DNA from: Mobula hypostoma
Taxonomy: Eukaryota
Length of the DNA stretch: 64,000 nucleotides
Direction of reading: 5' to 3'
NCBI RefSeq assembly: GCF_963921235.1
Contig: NC_086097.1
Location: forward strand, 145,144,001 to 145,208,000
In this document: one piece after another, positions 26,815-38,487 of the stretch
How positions within the stretch are numbered: the stretch's first letter is position 1
How the letters are laid out: each line of letters opens with the position of its first letter
Position numbers and translations under genes: made by a program
The notes under the pieces: model-generated
Databases searched by the model: none
Told to the model about the DNA's origin: nothing
Seen by the model: only the letters and a program-made list of their open reading frames with translations

Positions 26815-27275
26815 AAATATCTTGGGCCATGTGCTCTTTATACTGCTACCACCAGGAGGTACAGAAGGCTGAAGTCCCACATCACCATGTTCAAAAACAC
26901 CTTCTTTCTCTGACTATCAAGTCCAGGAACTGTCCTGCGCAGAGTTACAAAATACACGTGGACTAAGATGTTAACTGTCCTGTGCTATCACCAGTGGGAT
27001 CATCAGATCCTGACTATCAAGTCCAGGAACTGTCCTCCACAACACTAATTCTACCTCATCAATGGAACAATGCAGGCCACCTCTTGTGCGATCATGGACC
27101 TATGGGTTATGTTGTACTAATGCCTTACCTTCTGCAGACTTTTTAAAAAAAAATCATTGTCCTGTATAAATAATGCATAATTTGTGTATAATTTATGTTT
27201 TATGTGTTGTCTGAATCTACGTGCCTGTGATGCTGCCTCACCCCAATGTGCACCTGATAATACACTGGACTTGAA
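26815..27275 (+). mobile_element. Rex1-like 3' remnant containing a 27-bp direct repeat
   Basis: ggccatgtgctcttt...ggaggtacagaaggctgaagtcccac matches the Rex1 3' ends in this window; repeat at 26910-26936 and 27010-27036. Confidence 0.6.
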
Positions 27276-28258
27276 TGCCCATGCTAAGTTCGGTGTCACT
27301 GTGGGTGCAATCAGGAAGTTGCAAAGGCACCTGAGTATATTAAGTGTCTGAAAAAAAAATGAGGATAATAGAGTTCAACGTATGGAAAGGGGATTTTAAA
27401 CCAAAGGAAGATATATTAGAGTATTTTCTAAATCTGAAAGGCTGAAAACTTTGAAAGAAAAGTGGTTTTACCAACATTTACTCAAGTAACATGAAATCAA
27501 CAGAAAAGTACAAAAATAATTTAAAATGAAATAATTCCATATATGATGGACGTTAACCTTTATTTCAGAAGGAGTGTAATGCAACAGGTAGAAAAACTCA
27601 GCACATTTGAGAGGCACATTGTCAAGCACGTAAAGTTCAGAAACCAACAAGGCTACCAACTATGGTCCAGTCATCGCATGAACACTTACATTTCTGATTG
27701 GCAGACACACAAATGTGACAAAAAGCCTGATTCCTACATTAAAATTTCTATAATTCATTGACAATTTATTTTGTACAATCCATTGGGACAGGAATGCACC
27801 TCTGGACCTCACAGGAAAAACGTTTGTTGTGTCAATTGGACCTTCCTCAACTTGTAGAAGGGCCTCCTGAAACCCCTGCATTACCTCCAGCCAGCATCCC
27901 ACCCCCTTTCTGGCCTACCACACTCCAACCCGCAATCGCTCACCTGAGTACTGCAGTCAGATCTCTCTGGTCCTTGCTTGTGGCCTTCTAGAAAACGTCC
28001 TGAGGAAGACTTATGGTCTGACCTTTTCTGTTCCCAATGACATCCTGTGAAAATTGGGGTTTGAAATCCACACTACACTCTTAGGCTCCCTGACTCCAAA
28101 TTCATCTATTAAATCTACTGTCTACTGTCTTGCCAATCTCATCATTCTCCGGCCTTCTGTGGTCAGAAACTTCTTTTGTCTTCTTCTCTACCTTTCCTTT
28201 CACTGTGCTCTTGATTCAATTTCCCACTTTAAACCCTTTCCGAGTCTGCTCTTGATTC

Positions 28259-29095
28259 TGTTACGTACCCCGTAACTGGGTTGCCAAACCAGCAGAAATG
28301 GATCACTCAGTTGGAGTCTGGAGTACTAGAACTAAGAAAGTTTTATTAAAGAAACAAGCAACACAGTAATCGAAAGGATAATAAATGCAACAGTTCAGTG
28401 ATGATAAACACACATGTGCACAGCATTAAGATAACAGCATCAATCAAGCTCTATCGTTGTCTAGGGGTAAATGACCAATTTCAAAATGACTCAAAGTTCA
28501 GTTCGCAGTAATCGTTGCCATGGCGATGGACAAGGTGGGGGAAGAGAGACAGAGAGAACAACTCATCATTCAGCACAGCTTCACTCACAGACCAGCGAGA
28601 TTGCTCACGAGCAACTTTTGGGCGGGTCCTTGGTGATGTCACCTGAGGTCACCGACTGTGACCCCTCCTCCAGATGCGGTCGATCCTCTGCAGTGAACCC
28701 GGCACCCAGGCAAGGGCGGACACACACCGGGTTCCCGCTGATCGTACCTTTCCACCCTGTGCGTTGTCCGGTACTTCTCACCACTCGTGAGAGGCGCACC
28801 GCTTCCAGGGTCTCGTTACCTCGGGTGGCGTGTGTGCCTGTCTTAGCGAACCTGTCCCTTTTTATCCCCCTGCTGGGGTATCGCCTGTCCATCACTTCAA
28901 ACAGTTCAGGATTCAAAGGGGGGAGCCGCTCCAGACAGCTCTCCCTCCCACATCCCTTCATTACACATCTCCAGACGCTGCTCCATTGTTCCTTATCTCT
29001 CCTTCCCCTGAGGGCAGGTGGCAGACCAACTGCTGATGCCACTGATGCTAGCCCAGGCCAGCAAACATCTTAATTTTATGTGTATTCTCGTAACA
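28259..29095 (-). repeat. 3' LTR (837 bp)
   Basis: Direct repeat of 32246-33080; by eye 3 substitutions and one 2-bp indel. Confidence 0.97.
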
Positions 29096-29110
29096 CTTCC
29101 CCCCTTTAAG
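29096..29110 (-). promoter_or_regulatory. Polypurine tract
   Basis: Minus strand aaaggggggaag immediately precedes the TG of the 3' LTR. Confidence 0.85.
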
Positions 29111-29267
29111 GATTTTTACCGGGAGGTAAAAATTACAAACATGACTACATTATCTGATACATACACAATATACATCTTTAACAGTTCTTTAGCCAATACA
29201 GAGAATTTGAAGCTGTCAACACCTTGACAGACAGTCATCACATTTTCTGTTCCTTTTACACGTGTTA

Positions 29268-32147
29268 TTAATAATCCCTTAGACCAGGCTCCAACTCAGC
29301 AAACTTCATAGTGGCCAAAAACACTGATGAATTGCGACCAATGTAACCTCTCATTTGGTTTTGTCCCGGACCACAACAACAAGGGTCGTCCCATTCCGAC
29401 TCAATTTTCTCTCGCAAGGGCTTAGTAGGAGGGGGACGGGTATTGACCGCAGAGTTATTGCAAAACTTCCTGCAGTACCCCACCATCTCCAAAAGCCTTC
29501 TGAGGGCCCTCTTGTCTGTCGGGGTTGGGAGGTCAGCGATAGCCTGCACTGTAGCTTGCATCACTGCCAGCTGCCCCTGTGTCACCACAATTCCCAGATA
29601 AGTGACTCTCGTGTGGCCGAATTCATTTTTTTCAAGGTTCACTATCAAACTGGCTTCAGACAGCCGTGTTAAATTGCCAATACACACCTCTGTGTTCATC
29701 AGCCCTTTAGTCACTGAATTACTCGAAAAATATGGGTGTTGTTTACTTGGCTGCCCTATTGTAACCACAATCACCCAACGTCCCAGTTCTTTGCATTTCC
29801 TCGGGACAATCAAACACATGGGTGCGAGTCGTTTAATTACTCCTTCGGGGATTAAGGGAGAGACCTTATCAGTAGACCTGGCCAAAACAATAGCCTTCTC
29901 CCATCTGACCGATCCCATCCTAATCTTTTCAAAATGGTTTTTTTCTCTTAGCAGGGGGCCCCTAGCTTCATTGATTTCCACGCTAACACCGACTAGGTTT
30001 GTTAGCATATCAAAAGCCGGTGACCGTCTCAGTTCGCGTCGGTCATGATCAATAACATTTTTCCCCCTGGGCAGCCGGTAACTCTCTTTCATGATTCCAC
30101 CAACTGTTTCCTCCAGCACCGCAAAATGTCCACCGGGGGGTACCTCGTGGGCCATGTTAAAAACCTCATCCCCATAACTCTTTTGCACCACCCCCCACTC
30201 CTCATCTGCGGATGCTGTACTTGATTTCCCTTTCTTCCTTAGCACTTCCTCATCCGCACAATAGCTTGTCAAGGCTGTGTCAGAGAGAGCGGTCTCGGCA
30301 AAAACCATCAGCCCCTCGTCTCGCTCCTGCGTCTGCACAAATTCTTTCCTGGCTACTGCTACGTCCGTCCCAGCTCCCTCACTACCTCTTATCTCACTAC
30401 ACCCTGTCTCATACAAGGTTGGCAGAAATGTTTCAGCCAAATTCACCATCGCGGGCGGGGCCTCCATGCTGGCAGGCTGACCCGTCAATCTCACGACTGG
30501 GAACACGATCCCTCCGGCGATGTCATTACCGAGCAAGACTTCCACGTCTTTCATCGGTAATTCGGACCTCACCCCGATCGTGACTAGTCCAGAGACCAGG
30601 TTGCTCTGTAAATGTATCTGGTGCAAAGGGACTGACTCTGTCCCTTCCCCAACACCTTTGACCTCTACCTCCCCAGTCTGGGTCTCTGAGCTAAACTCTA
30701 ATACACTCTTCAGTATTAGTGACTGACACGCTCCCGTGTCTCTCCAGATCCGCACTGGAACTGGTTTTAACCTCTTTTTCACTGACACCAGTCCGGCCGA
30801 GATAAACCTCTCGCGCCCTTCCTGGACTTTTTCAGACCTGTCCTTCCCTAGCGGTTCGCTGAACAGCTCAATACAGCCATTCAAAATTTCCGCTTTTCCT
30901 TTCCCCGTCTCCTTCCTTGGGGCAAAGCACCTGGACGCAAAGTGTCCGACTTTCCCACAATTATAACAGACGACCCCAGGAGACTTCCTACCAGACTGCT
31001 CCCGGTCTACCTTATCCTTTTCACTAGTCCCCGGCTTACTTTCTGACTTTTCCGGTGGACTCTCCCCGCCGTCCTGACTACCCTTCTGGTAGCCTTTACT
31101 CGGGGCAACCTTCATTTTATGCGTCAACGCATACTCATCCGCTAACTTAGCAGTTGCGGCTAACGTGGCTGCCTCTTTCTCATCGAGGTAGGGTCTCATA
31201 CCCTCAGGGACACAACCTTTAAACTGCTCAATCAGAATCAGCTGCAGCAGTCTGTCATAATCCCCCTCTACCCCTTTCGAGGCGCACCAACGCTCACAAT
31301 ATGTTTGCATCTCGCGAGCAAACTCCAAATACGTGCGGTCCCACCGCTTCCTCGCATTCCGGAACCTCTGCCGGTATGCCTCCGGGACCAACTCATAAAT
31401 CCTGAGGATGGCCTCCTTCATCACCTCATACTTCTGGGCATCTTCCGCGGAGTAAGCTTGTTGGGCTTTCCCTTTCAGTACACTCTGAAGTAAAACAACC
31501 CACTTATCCCTTGGCCAGTCCTGACTTATGGCCACTTTTTCGAAATGGAGAAAGTACCGATCCACATCGGTATCGTCAAATGGGGGAACCAGCCTAACCT
31601 CCTGGGTCGCCCGGAACCCTCCACCTTGGTTCGGCACGAGCCCCTGCTCGGCCCTTATCTTTAACTTCTCCAGCTCAAATTCCCTTTCCCTCTGTTTCTC
31701 CTCTCTCTCCAACTGTCTTTCTCTCTCTTGCCTTTCTACCTCTTTCTCTCTCTCTTGCCTTTCTACCTCTTTCTCTCTCTCCCGCCTTTCTAACTCTCTC
31801 TCTTTCTCCCGCCTTTCTAACTCTCTCTCTTTCTCCTGCCTTTCTAACTGCTTCTCTTCGTGTTCTAACTGCCGTACCCGGAACTCGTGCTCGAGTCTCA
31901 GTTTTTCAAGCTGTACCTGTACCGCGTCTCCAGCAGGTTTTTCAATAGACACCACCCCCAGCTCACCTTGGGGAAACACACCTTTAGATACATAGTGCTC
32001 TACAATAGCTCTGTGTATCTCCTCTCTCCTCATTGTCGACTTCACCTTAGCAAGATTCACCCGTTTGGCCACAGCTATCAATTCCGATTTCCTGGCATCC
32101 TCTAATGCCTCCAAGGTCGGCGCCTTTATAAATTCCTCAACCTCCAT
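29268..32147 (-). CDS. 959-aa Gag (coiled coil, SCAN-like capsid, CCHC knuckle) - aspartic protease - in-frame integrase and RT remnants
   Basis: YELVPEAYRQRFR...LILIEQFK (SCAN-like); CYNCGKVGHFASRC; WRDTGACQS; MAHEVPPGGH (start of integrase Zn domain); KQHPY and VTYLG...LRRLLEMVGYCRKFC (RT pieces). Confidence 0.9.
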   Translation of the reverse strand: MEVEEFIKAPTLEALEDARKSELIAVAKRVNLAKVKSTMRREEIHRAIVEHYVSKGVFPQGELGVVSIEKPAGDAVQVQLEKLRLEHEFRVRQLEHEEKQLERQEKERELERREKERELERREREKEVERQEREKEVERQERERQLEREEKQREREFELEKLKIRAEQGLVPNQGGGFRATQEVRLVPPFDDTDVDRYFLHFEKVAISQDWPRDKWVVLLQSVLKGKAQQAYSAEDAQKYEVMKEAILRIYELVPEAYRQRFRNARKRWDRTYLEFAREMQTYCERWCASKGVEGDYDRLLQLILIEQFKGCVPEGMRPYLDEKEAATLAATAKLADEYALTHKMKVAPSKGYQKGSQDGGESPPEKSESKPGTSEKDKVDREQSGRKSPGVVCYNCGKVGHFASRCFAPRKETGKGKAEILNGCIELFSEPLGKDRSEKVQEGRERFISAGLVSVKKRLKPVPVRIWRDTGACQSLILKSVLEFSSETQTGEVEVKGVGEGTESVPLHQIHLQSNLVSGLVTIGVRSELPMKDVEVLLGNDIAGGIVFPVVRLTGQPASMEAPPAMVNLAETFLPTLYETGCSEIRGSEGAGTDVAVARKEFVQTQERDEGLMVFAETALSDTALTSYCADEEVLRKKGKSSTASADEEWGVVQKSYGDEVFNMAHEVPPGGHFAVLEETVGGIMKESYRLPRGKNVIDHDRRELRRSPAFDMLTNLVGVSVEINEARGPLLREKNHFEKIRMGSVRWEKAIVLARSTDKVSPLIPEGVIKRLAPMCLIVPRKCKELGRWVIVVTIGQPSKQHPYFSSNSVTKGLMNTEVCIGNLTRLSEASLIVNLEKNEFGHTRVTYLGIVVTQGQLAVMQATVQAIADLPTPTDKRALRRLLEMVGYCRKFCNNSAVNTRPPPTKPLREKIESEWDDPCCCGPGQNQMRGYIGRNSSVFLATMKFAELEPGLRDY

Positions 32148-32223
32148 TTCTGCTGTTTGTCTTTTCTTTCTTTCGGGAATTTTAACCCAATCAATTTACT
32201 CCGTCCCAAATTTAGCGTTCAAA

Positions 32224-32241
32224 ATCCCGGACGAGCCCCCA
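32224..32241 (-). promoter_or_regulatory. Primer-binding site, tRNA-Pro
   Basis: Minus strand TGGGGGCTCGTCCGGGAT, the canonical 18-nt tRNA-Pro PBS, 4 nt after the 5' LTR. Confidence 0.93.
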
Positions 32242-32245
32242 CTTA

Positions 32246-33080
32246 TGTTACGTACCCCGTAACTGGGTTGCCAAACCAGCAGAAATGGATCACTCAGTTG
32301 GAGTCTGGAGTACTAGACCTAAGAAAGTTTTATTAAAGAAACAAGCAACACAGTAATCGAAAGGATAATAAATGCAACAGTTCAGTGATGATAAACACAC
32401 ATGTGCACAGCATTAAGATAACAGCATCAATCAAGCTCTATCGTTGTCTAGGGGTAAATGACCAATTTCAAAATGACTCAAAGTTCAGTTCGCAGTAATC
32501 GTTGCCATGGCGATGGACAAGGTGGGGGAAGAGAGACAGAGAGAACAACTCATCATTCAGCACAGCTTCACTCACAGACCAGCGAGATTGCTCACGAGCA
32601 ACTTTTGGGCGGGTCCTTGGTGATGTCACCTGAGGTCACCGACTGTGACCCCTCCTCCAGATGCGGTCGATCCTCTGCAGTGAACCCGGCACCCAGGCAA
32701 GGGCGGACACACACCGGGTTCCCGCTGATCGTACCTTTCCACCCTGTGCGTTGTCCGGTACTTCTCACCACTCGTGAGAGGCGCACCGCTTCCAGGGTCT
32801 CGTTACCTCGGGTGGCGTGTGTCTGTCTTAGCGAACCTGTCCCTTTTTATCCCCCTGCTGGGGTATCGCCTGTCCATCACTTCAAACAGTTCAGGGTTCA
32901 AAGGGGGGAGCCGCTCCAGACAGCTCTCCCTCCCACATCCCTTCATTACACATCTCCAGACGCTGCTCCATTGTTCCTTATCTCTCCTTCCCCTGAGGGT
33001 AGGTGGCAGACCAACTGCTGATGCCACTGATGCTAGCCCAGGCCAGCAAACATCTTAATTTTATGTGTATTCTCGTAACA
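32246..33080 (-). repeat. 5' LTR (835 bp)
   Basis: Direct repeat of 28259-29095, adjacent to the PBS. Confidence 0.97.
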
Positions 33081-35056
33081 ATTCTCTTAAACTCAAGTTC
33101 ATTTCTTCCCTACTTTTTACTCTCTTCTCTCCTCTCTCTGTGCTTAAGTCTTGGTTTCCTTTTCAATAAGGCCTCCTTTTTCTTTGATGCCCACTTGCCT
33201 CCCAGACTTCCAAGATCCTCTTGCAGCTTTCTTTCTCTCTTCTTTGCTACTTTCTAGTTCTAGTTCTCTTAGACTCCACAGATCTATCATAACCTTCTCC
33301 CACACATTTACATTCTCTTGTCTCTTCCTTCCTCACTTATCATCCACCTCTCCTCTCCACTCAGATGTCTCTGCTTTGGTCTTAGTTTGAGTGAAATGTG
33401 GTGATAAACCAGTATGAACAATAATTTCTTTTTCCAAGGGCAGCTTTTATTTAAACTTGTCAGCGTGAGAAGCTTTTGTACAGTTGAGTCCCCTGTTGGG
33501 AAGATATATGAGATACCAAGTGGCTGTGATTGATGAGAATTTGCAAGAGCCAAGTTACAAAAGGAGAACATCTGCCTTTCTCAACTTAATCAACCTACAA
33601 AATGTGTCAGCAAAAGGAGCTAAAATAAGAAAATAACACTAGAGTCACAATGATTCAGGGTTTCCTCACCCTGGCTACTCCTTAATCATATGCTATATAA
33701 AAAAGAAAAGTAAATTCAGACCACAACTGAGATCAGAGGCATTAAATCAAACAAATTCTATAAGATCATCACTTCTAAACTGTCTGGGCGTTTTTGTTCC
33801 CAGACTCGAGTTTTGTAAGGTAGGAAACACCAGGAGTGGAGGATAGGAAGCTAGGCCCAAGGGTTGAGTTTGGCTTGGCACTGGCTGTGCACCTCCCACG
33901 TTCTACAGATCAAAGATTTCATCTGGAAAAATTGAAAAGCATTTGGAATCACAGTGAGTGTCATCAGGAAATGATGTTCAGGCAGATTTCAAGGTTTCCT
34001 GTTTCACAGCCTTAAGAGCCGACCTTTTGGACACAGACTCACTGGGGAGAAACTTATCTTTGCATGCTGAAGTGTTGAGAAATTTGACCTTCAACACCTT
34101 TTTTTCTCACTGTTTGCACTAGCACAGAAACGGCACGATTTCTTTTCCTTATCAAAGTATTCGCTAACTATTACATCATTTACAAGGCAATTAGATAGTT
34201 GTAAGTGAAAATATAAAGGAATCTGAAGAAATTACATTATGAGTTCGTAAAATATTAAATGTTTTAAAGAGATTGGGATGGGTGAGATCAAATAATGTGG
34301 AACTTTGGTGTGTGTTGAATGCAAAAGAGATTGGCTCAGACTGGGTAAAGTATTAAAGGCTATGGAAGGGGAGATGCCAAGATGTGATTTGCTCAAATGG
34401 GATACTAAAGAAGAGGCTGGAAGGTGATGACAAAAGAGCATGGGTCTTCACCTGGAAGGCAGATGTTCATGTGCTGTTTGAGTGTTCCTTAAGGAGACAG
34501 ACCATACCTGGGTGATTGATGAGGCGTCTACTACAAAAAGTTAAAGCAGGAGGGGAACACGTTCCAATTTCCCATTTCATTGCCAATATTTCCAACTGAG
34601 TTTTTATTAAGTGGAGTGCCCCCACATTCTCTCTTTCTCAGCTGAATCATCCCACAGCTTCCAGTAATGGCTCCACTTGAGATTCATTGCTTCTAGAGCT
34701 ATGGATACACATGCAGGTTGCAACTTGATTTCTGAATTTGTGTATAATAAATGTAGGTAAACTTGCTGAAGCTTTGTGAATCATATCAGTCATGCCGAGT
34801 TCAATTTTAGAGACTATTTCGTGCTCAGTGCAATGCTGAAGCCCACGTGTCTAAGTTGGTACAAGATTGACGTCTATTTAAGCAGAGAGGTTGGAAACAT
34901 CAATGTACACTAAATTTCTAAGTGATAAGAAGAAGTCAAAATAAACTTAATGACTATTTAAATGTTGTAGAGAGGTAAAGAAAATAATGACACGAGTGGA
35001 GTGCTGGCCCTTATATGTATCTGGAGGACTAGAAAACAAGGGAGTAGAAATTCTTG

Positions 35057-36010
35057 AAATGAAATGAAATATCTTTATTGTCATTGCATAATACATTTTG
35101 TCATGCACCAATACAGCGAAAATGAGTTTGCAACTCTCGTACTTAATGCTATAAAACAACAAATAAATAAATGAATAAAATCAAGTAACCAGCCAGTACA
35201 AGTAATGTCCAGCAGTACAAAAGCACAACTCAGATGCATGACAGCCATAAAACCAGTATTAAAGTAGCAATATAACAATTTATGGATGATGCTTGATCGA
35301 GTAGTTCAGAGCAATTATAGCTCTGGGAAAAAAGCTATTTTTCAGTCTGGAAGTGCGGGCATAGAAAATCTTATAACGTCTGCCAGATGGAAGAGAAACA
35401 GATGATTGCATGGTGTGTATTGTCTTTACAGATGCTTGTAGTTTTCCTTAGGCAGAGTGAGCTGTAGGTGTCCTCCAGGGCTGGGAGCTGCGTCCCAATG
35501 ATCTGTGCGCTAGAGACGACCCGTTGGTGTATATGCCATGAAATTATTACCACTGGTGTACAAGCCATGAAATTTTGCAACAGCATATCGTACAAAGACA
35601 AAAAAAACATCGTAAATTACAAAACTGTATAAATAGTGCAAAAAAAGAAACATCAAGGTAGTGTTCATGCATTCATAGACTACCCTGAAAATGATGGTGG
35701 AGGAGGAGAAGCTGTTTTTGAATTGTTGAGTATGGGTCTTCAGGCTCCTGTAGCTCCTCCCTGATGGCAGAAATGAAGTGTCTCTCAAATCGCAGTGTCC
35801 TAAGTGAGGATGCCACGTTCTTAAGGCCCTGCCTCTTGAATGTGACCTTGACAGTGGAGGGGTTGTGCCTGCGATGGAACTGGTTGATTCCACAACATTC
35901 TGCAGCCTTTTCTGATCTGTACGTTGGAGCCTCCACACCTGATTGTAATGCAACCAGTCAGAATACTTTCCACTATATATCTGCAGAAATTCGTACGTCT
36001 TTGGTGACAT
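35057..36010 (-). mobile_element. Two adjacent Rex1/Babar-like 3' fragments
   Basis: (aaatg)n tail at 35057; AQIIGTQLPALEDTY; NFCRYIVESILTGCIT; PSGRSYRSLKTHTQQFKNSF. Confidence 0.75.
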
Positions 36011-36059
36011 GAAATTATACTACTGCCACTGAAAGCACTACATGTCCAATGTTGGAGCA

Positions 36060-36470
36060 CTGTTAGCATTTCTAGGCATCATATCTCAGAGAGGATACAC
36101 TGGCCTGAGAAGGCATGAGAGTGTTTAGATTTACCATAAAGTCACCAGGACACCCAGGATTAAATTATGTTCTAGTTAGACAAACAATTTATTGGAATAT
36201 TAAGTTGTGATTTAGTAAAGATAATGGGACAAAGTGATGGTCTAAAGTTTAAAATTGTGAGTTAGAAAATAATTCTACTCATCGGGGTGGTACTGTAGGT
36301 GTTGAATACTCTTTTTCATTCAGGATTTGCTGAAAGTCAATTGTTGAAGCTAAATTTTTGATTGATAGATTTTCATTAACCAGAGGTATCAGGGGGTATA
36401 TTGCAGGGCAAAGGGAAATGCATATGTAGAGATGATCACAGATCTGCCATGATCTTTAAGGGATGGTAAA
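36060..36470 (+). mobile_element. Degraded CR1 3' remnant
   Basis: Weak similarity to CR1 ORF2 end and 3' UTR. Confidence 0.45.
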
Positions 36471-37249
36471 AAGGCACAGAACTAGTGTGTCTAGACTAAA
36501 TGGTACATTGAAAAATACTGGTAATGGTCCAGGTCAGGAGGACTGAGCAGAAAAGTGGGGTTAGCCTAAATGTCAAATGAAAGAATAGTATCTCTAGATT
36601 ATAAAATTGTTAGGTAGACTCGGTGATATATTAAGAGATACTGGAATTGAGCAAGCCAATGGGATTAGTGTTGGTGCTTTAAGTGTAGAAAGGCACCGAA
36701 ACAACTTGCTTGGGACAGTTTTAAATAATTTATAGCTAGGAGATGGCAGAAGAGGTGCCTAGGTAGATGTATTTGCAATAACTGACGCAGCAATCATTGA
36801 ATGTGAAGTGGAAGTGGAAGGACAAAGATGAGCCTTGTGTTAGAGAAACAGAGACAGATCTGGGCGTAATTACATATGAAAGCTTGGATGAGCAAAGACC
36901 ATTTGGCCATTTAAGTTTGCTTCTAGCATCATCACTGGACTTTCCCTTAAAGTTTTCCCACTCACTAAACTGAGTGTAGGGATTATGTTCTATTATTTCC
37001 TGTATCGTCTATTTATTATTAAAACAAGATTCCTTGTTTGATTCACTCTTTTCACCTGGACTCACTTATTCATATATTATAAGTAGGAGAACATCACTTC
37101 TGCTCTCGTTTAGACACAATATTTCAACACTCCATGCCAAAATCAGTTTCCCACATCCTTCAGTCATACAATTTGTCAAAACAAGTTCAGTCTCTGTGTT
37201 CAACTTGCCAAGATCATCTGCCTCTGACTGAGAATATTCAAGCTTTATG

Positions 37250-37930
37250 AAATAAAAACAAAAAATGCTGGAAATATTTACCCAATCAGGCAGCACTTGT
37301 AGATAGGGAAACATTAAATTCAGGTTGCTGGACCTTCATCCGAACGGAGAAGTATGAAGTCAAACATATTTTAAGATGCAGAGAAGGGGAAGGGGGGGAG
37401 TGTGTTATGGGAATATCTGTGATCGGACGCAGACAAGTAGAGATTGAATGACACGAGCCTTAATGGTGCTGGCTGGTTGAAGATAGTGAAGGGTTGTTAG
37501 CAAAGTTGATCTGTCTCAAAGATACATAACAGGATGCAGATGAAAACAGAGATAGAATGAGAACAAAAAAAAAAGATGTGAAGTACTAAACACAGGCAGA
37601 AAATGCAAAAACTACTCAGCAGATCAGGTAGCATTTGTGGAGAGGTGATAAGATTGTTATTGTTACAGGTTAATGATCACCAGAGCTTTCAAGTTTTCAT
37701 ACAGACCTGAAAGGTTGGTTATCTTAAATTGTTAAAACGTTAAATCCTGATAGCAGATACAAGCCTAACCAGAAAATGAGGTGTTTATTTGTAACCATAT
37801 GTTGGGTTTCATTAGGACAATGTAAGTGGCCAAAGGCAGAAAGGTCTGTGCTTGTTAAGGATTAAACTGACAGATAACTAAAAACTCCGGATCACCTTGG
37901 GAACTGAAATAACAAGTGTAGTCACCTAAT
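37250..37930 (-). mobile_element. Degraded Penelope-like termini (two tail copies) and endonuclease end
   Basis: aaatgctggaaatatttacccaatcaggcagc and aaactactcagcagatcaggtagcatttgtgg resemble the reverse complement of the Penelope tail; HLIFWLG-like segment near 37770. Confidence 0.5.
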
Positions 37931-38487
37931 GAACATTGTTTTTTTCAATGAAGAAGCAAGTCTTTCTTGTTTTTTTTTAATTTAAGCTTTATGCCTAACT
38001 CAGCTAGGTAGGGTGTAGCCCATGAAGGCACCAAGTCATAAAAGTGTATAAATCAACTAACTTGCTTTTTCACTGTTTCAGACATTCCTTGTAGGCCCAC
38101 AGATTGCAATGATTTTGTTGCTTAACAACCTTCAATCACATAATGCTTCCGAAAGAGAGAAAAAATACAGGTACCCACAAAGGCAAGAGCAAATTGCACA
38201 CTAAACCATTCCATGTTCCAAGCTTGTCCAGTTAATGATCCCCAACTCTTCCTGCGCCGCAATTGGTGCTGCTTCATACACTCATGCTGAGTTTGTCAAT
38301 TTCATCAACTTTGCCTCCAACTTCCACCCTGGCCTTAAATTCACAACCTATCTCTGACTACTCCTTCCCATTTCTCAATCTCTCTGTCCCCAACTCTGGA
38401 GACAATCTTTCTACGAACATCTTTTATAAACCTACAGATTCCCATAGCTATCTTGACTATACCTCTTCCCACCCTGTCTCCTGTAAA

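Larger units (their letters stand above)
28259..33080 (-). mobile_element. Gmr1-like Ty3/Gypsy LTR retrotransposon, young, with deleted pol (non-autonomous)
   Basis: Two LTRs with TGTTACG...CGTAACA ends; 4-bp TSD attc (28255-28258, 33081-33084); PBS; PPT; single Gag-PR-remnant ORF. Confidence 0.95.

Noticed and set aside
26910..27036. CRISPR-like repeat-spacer-repeat
   Set aside because: Only two units, eukaryotic context and no cas genes; better explained as a duplication at an insertion site
28471..29073. 200-aa (+) and 145-aa (-) ORFs inside the LTR
   Set aside because: No recognisable domain; the region is GC-rich; the 2-bp indel changes the frame in the other LTR (32458-33021), so there is no sign of coding constraint
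33085..33380. Pyrimidine-rich tract flanking the LTR element as a host exon
   Set aside because: Stop codons and low complexity; no recognisable product, possibly a decayed LINE
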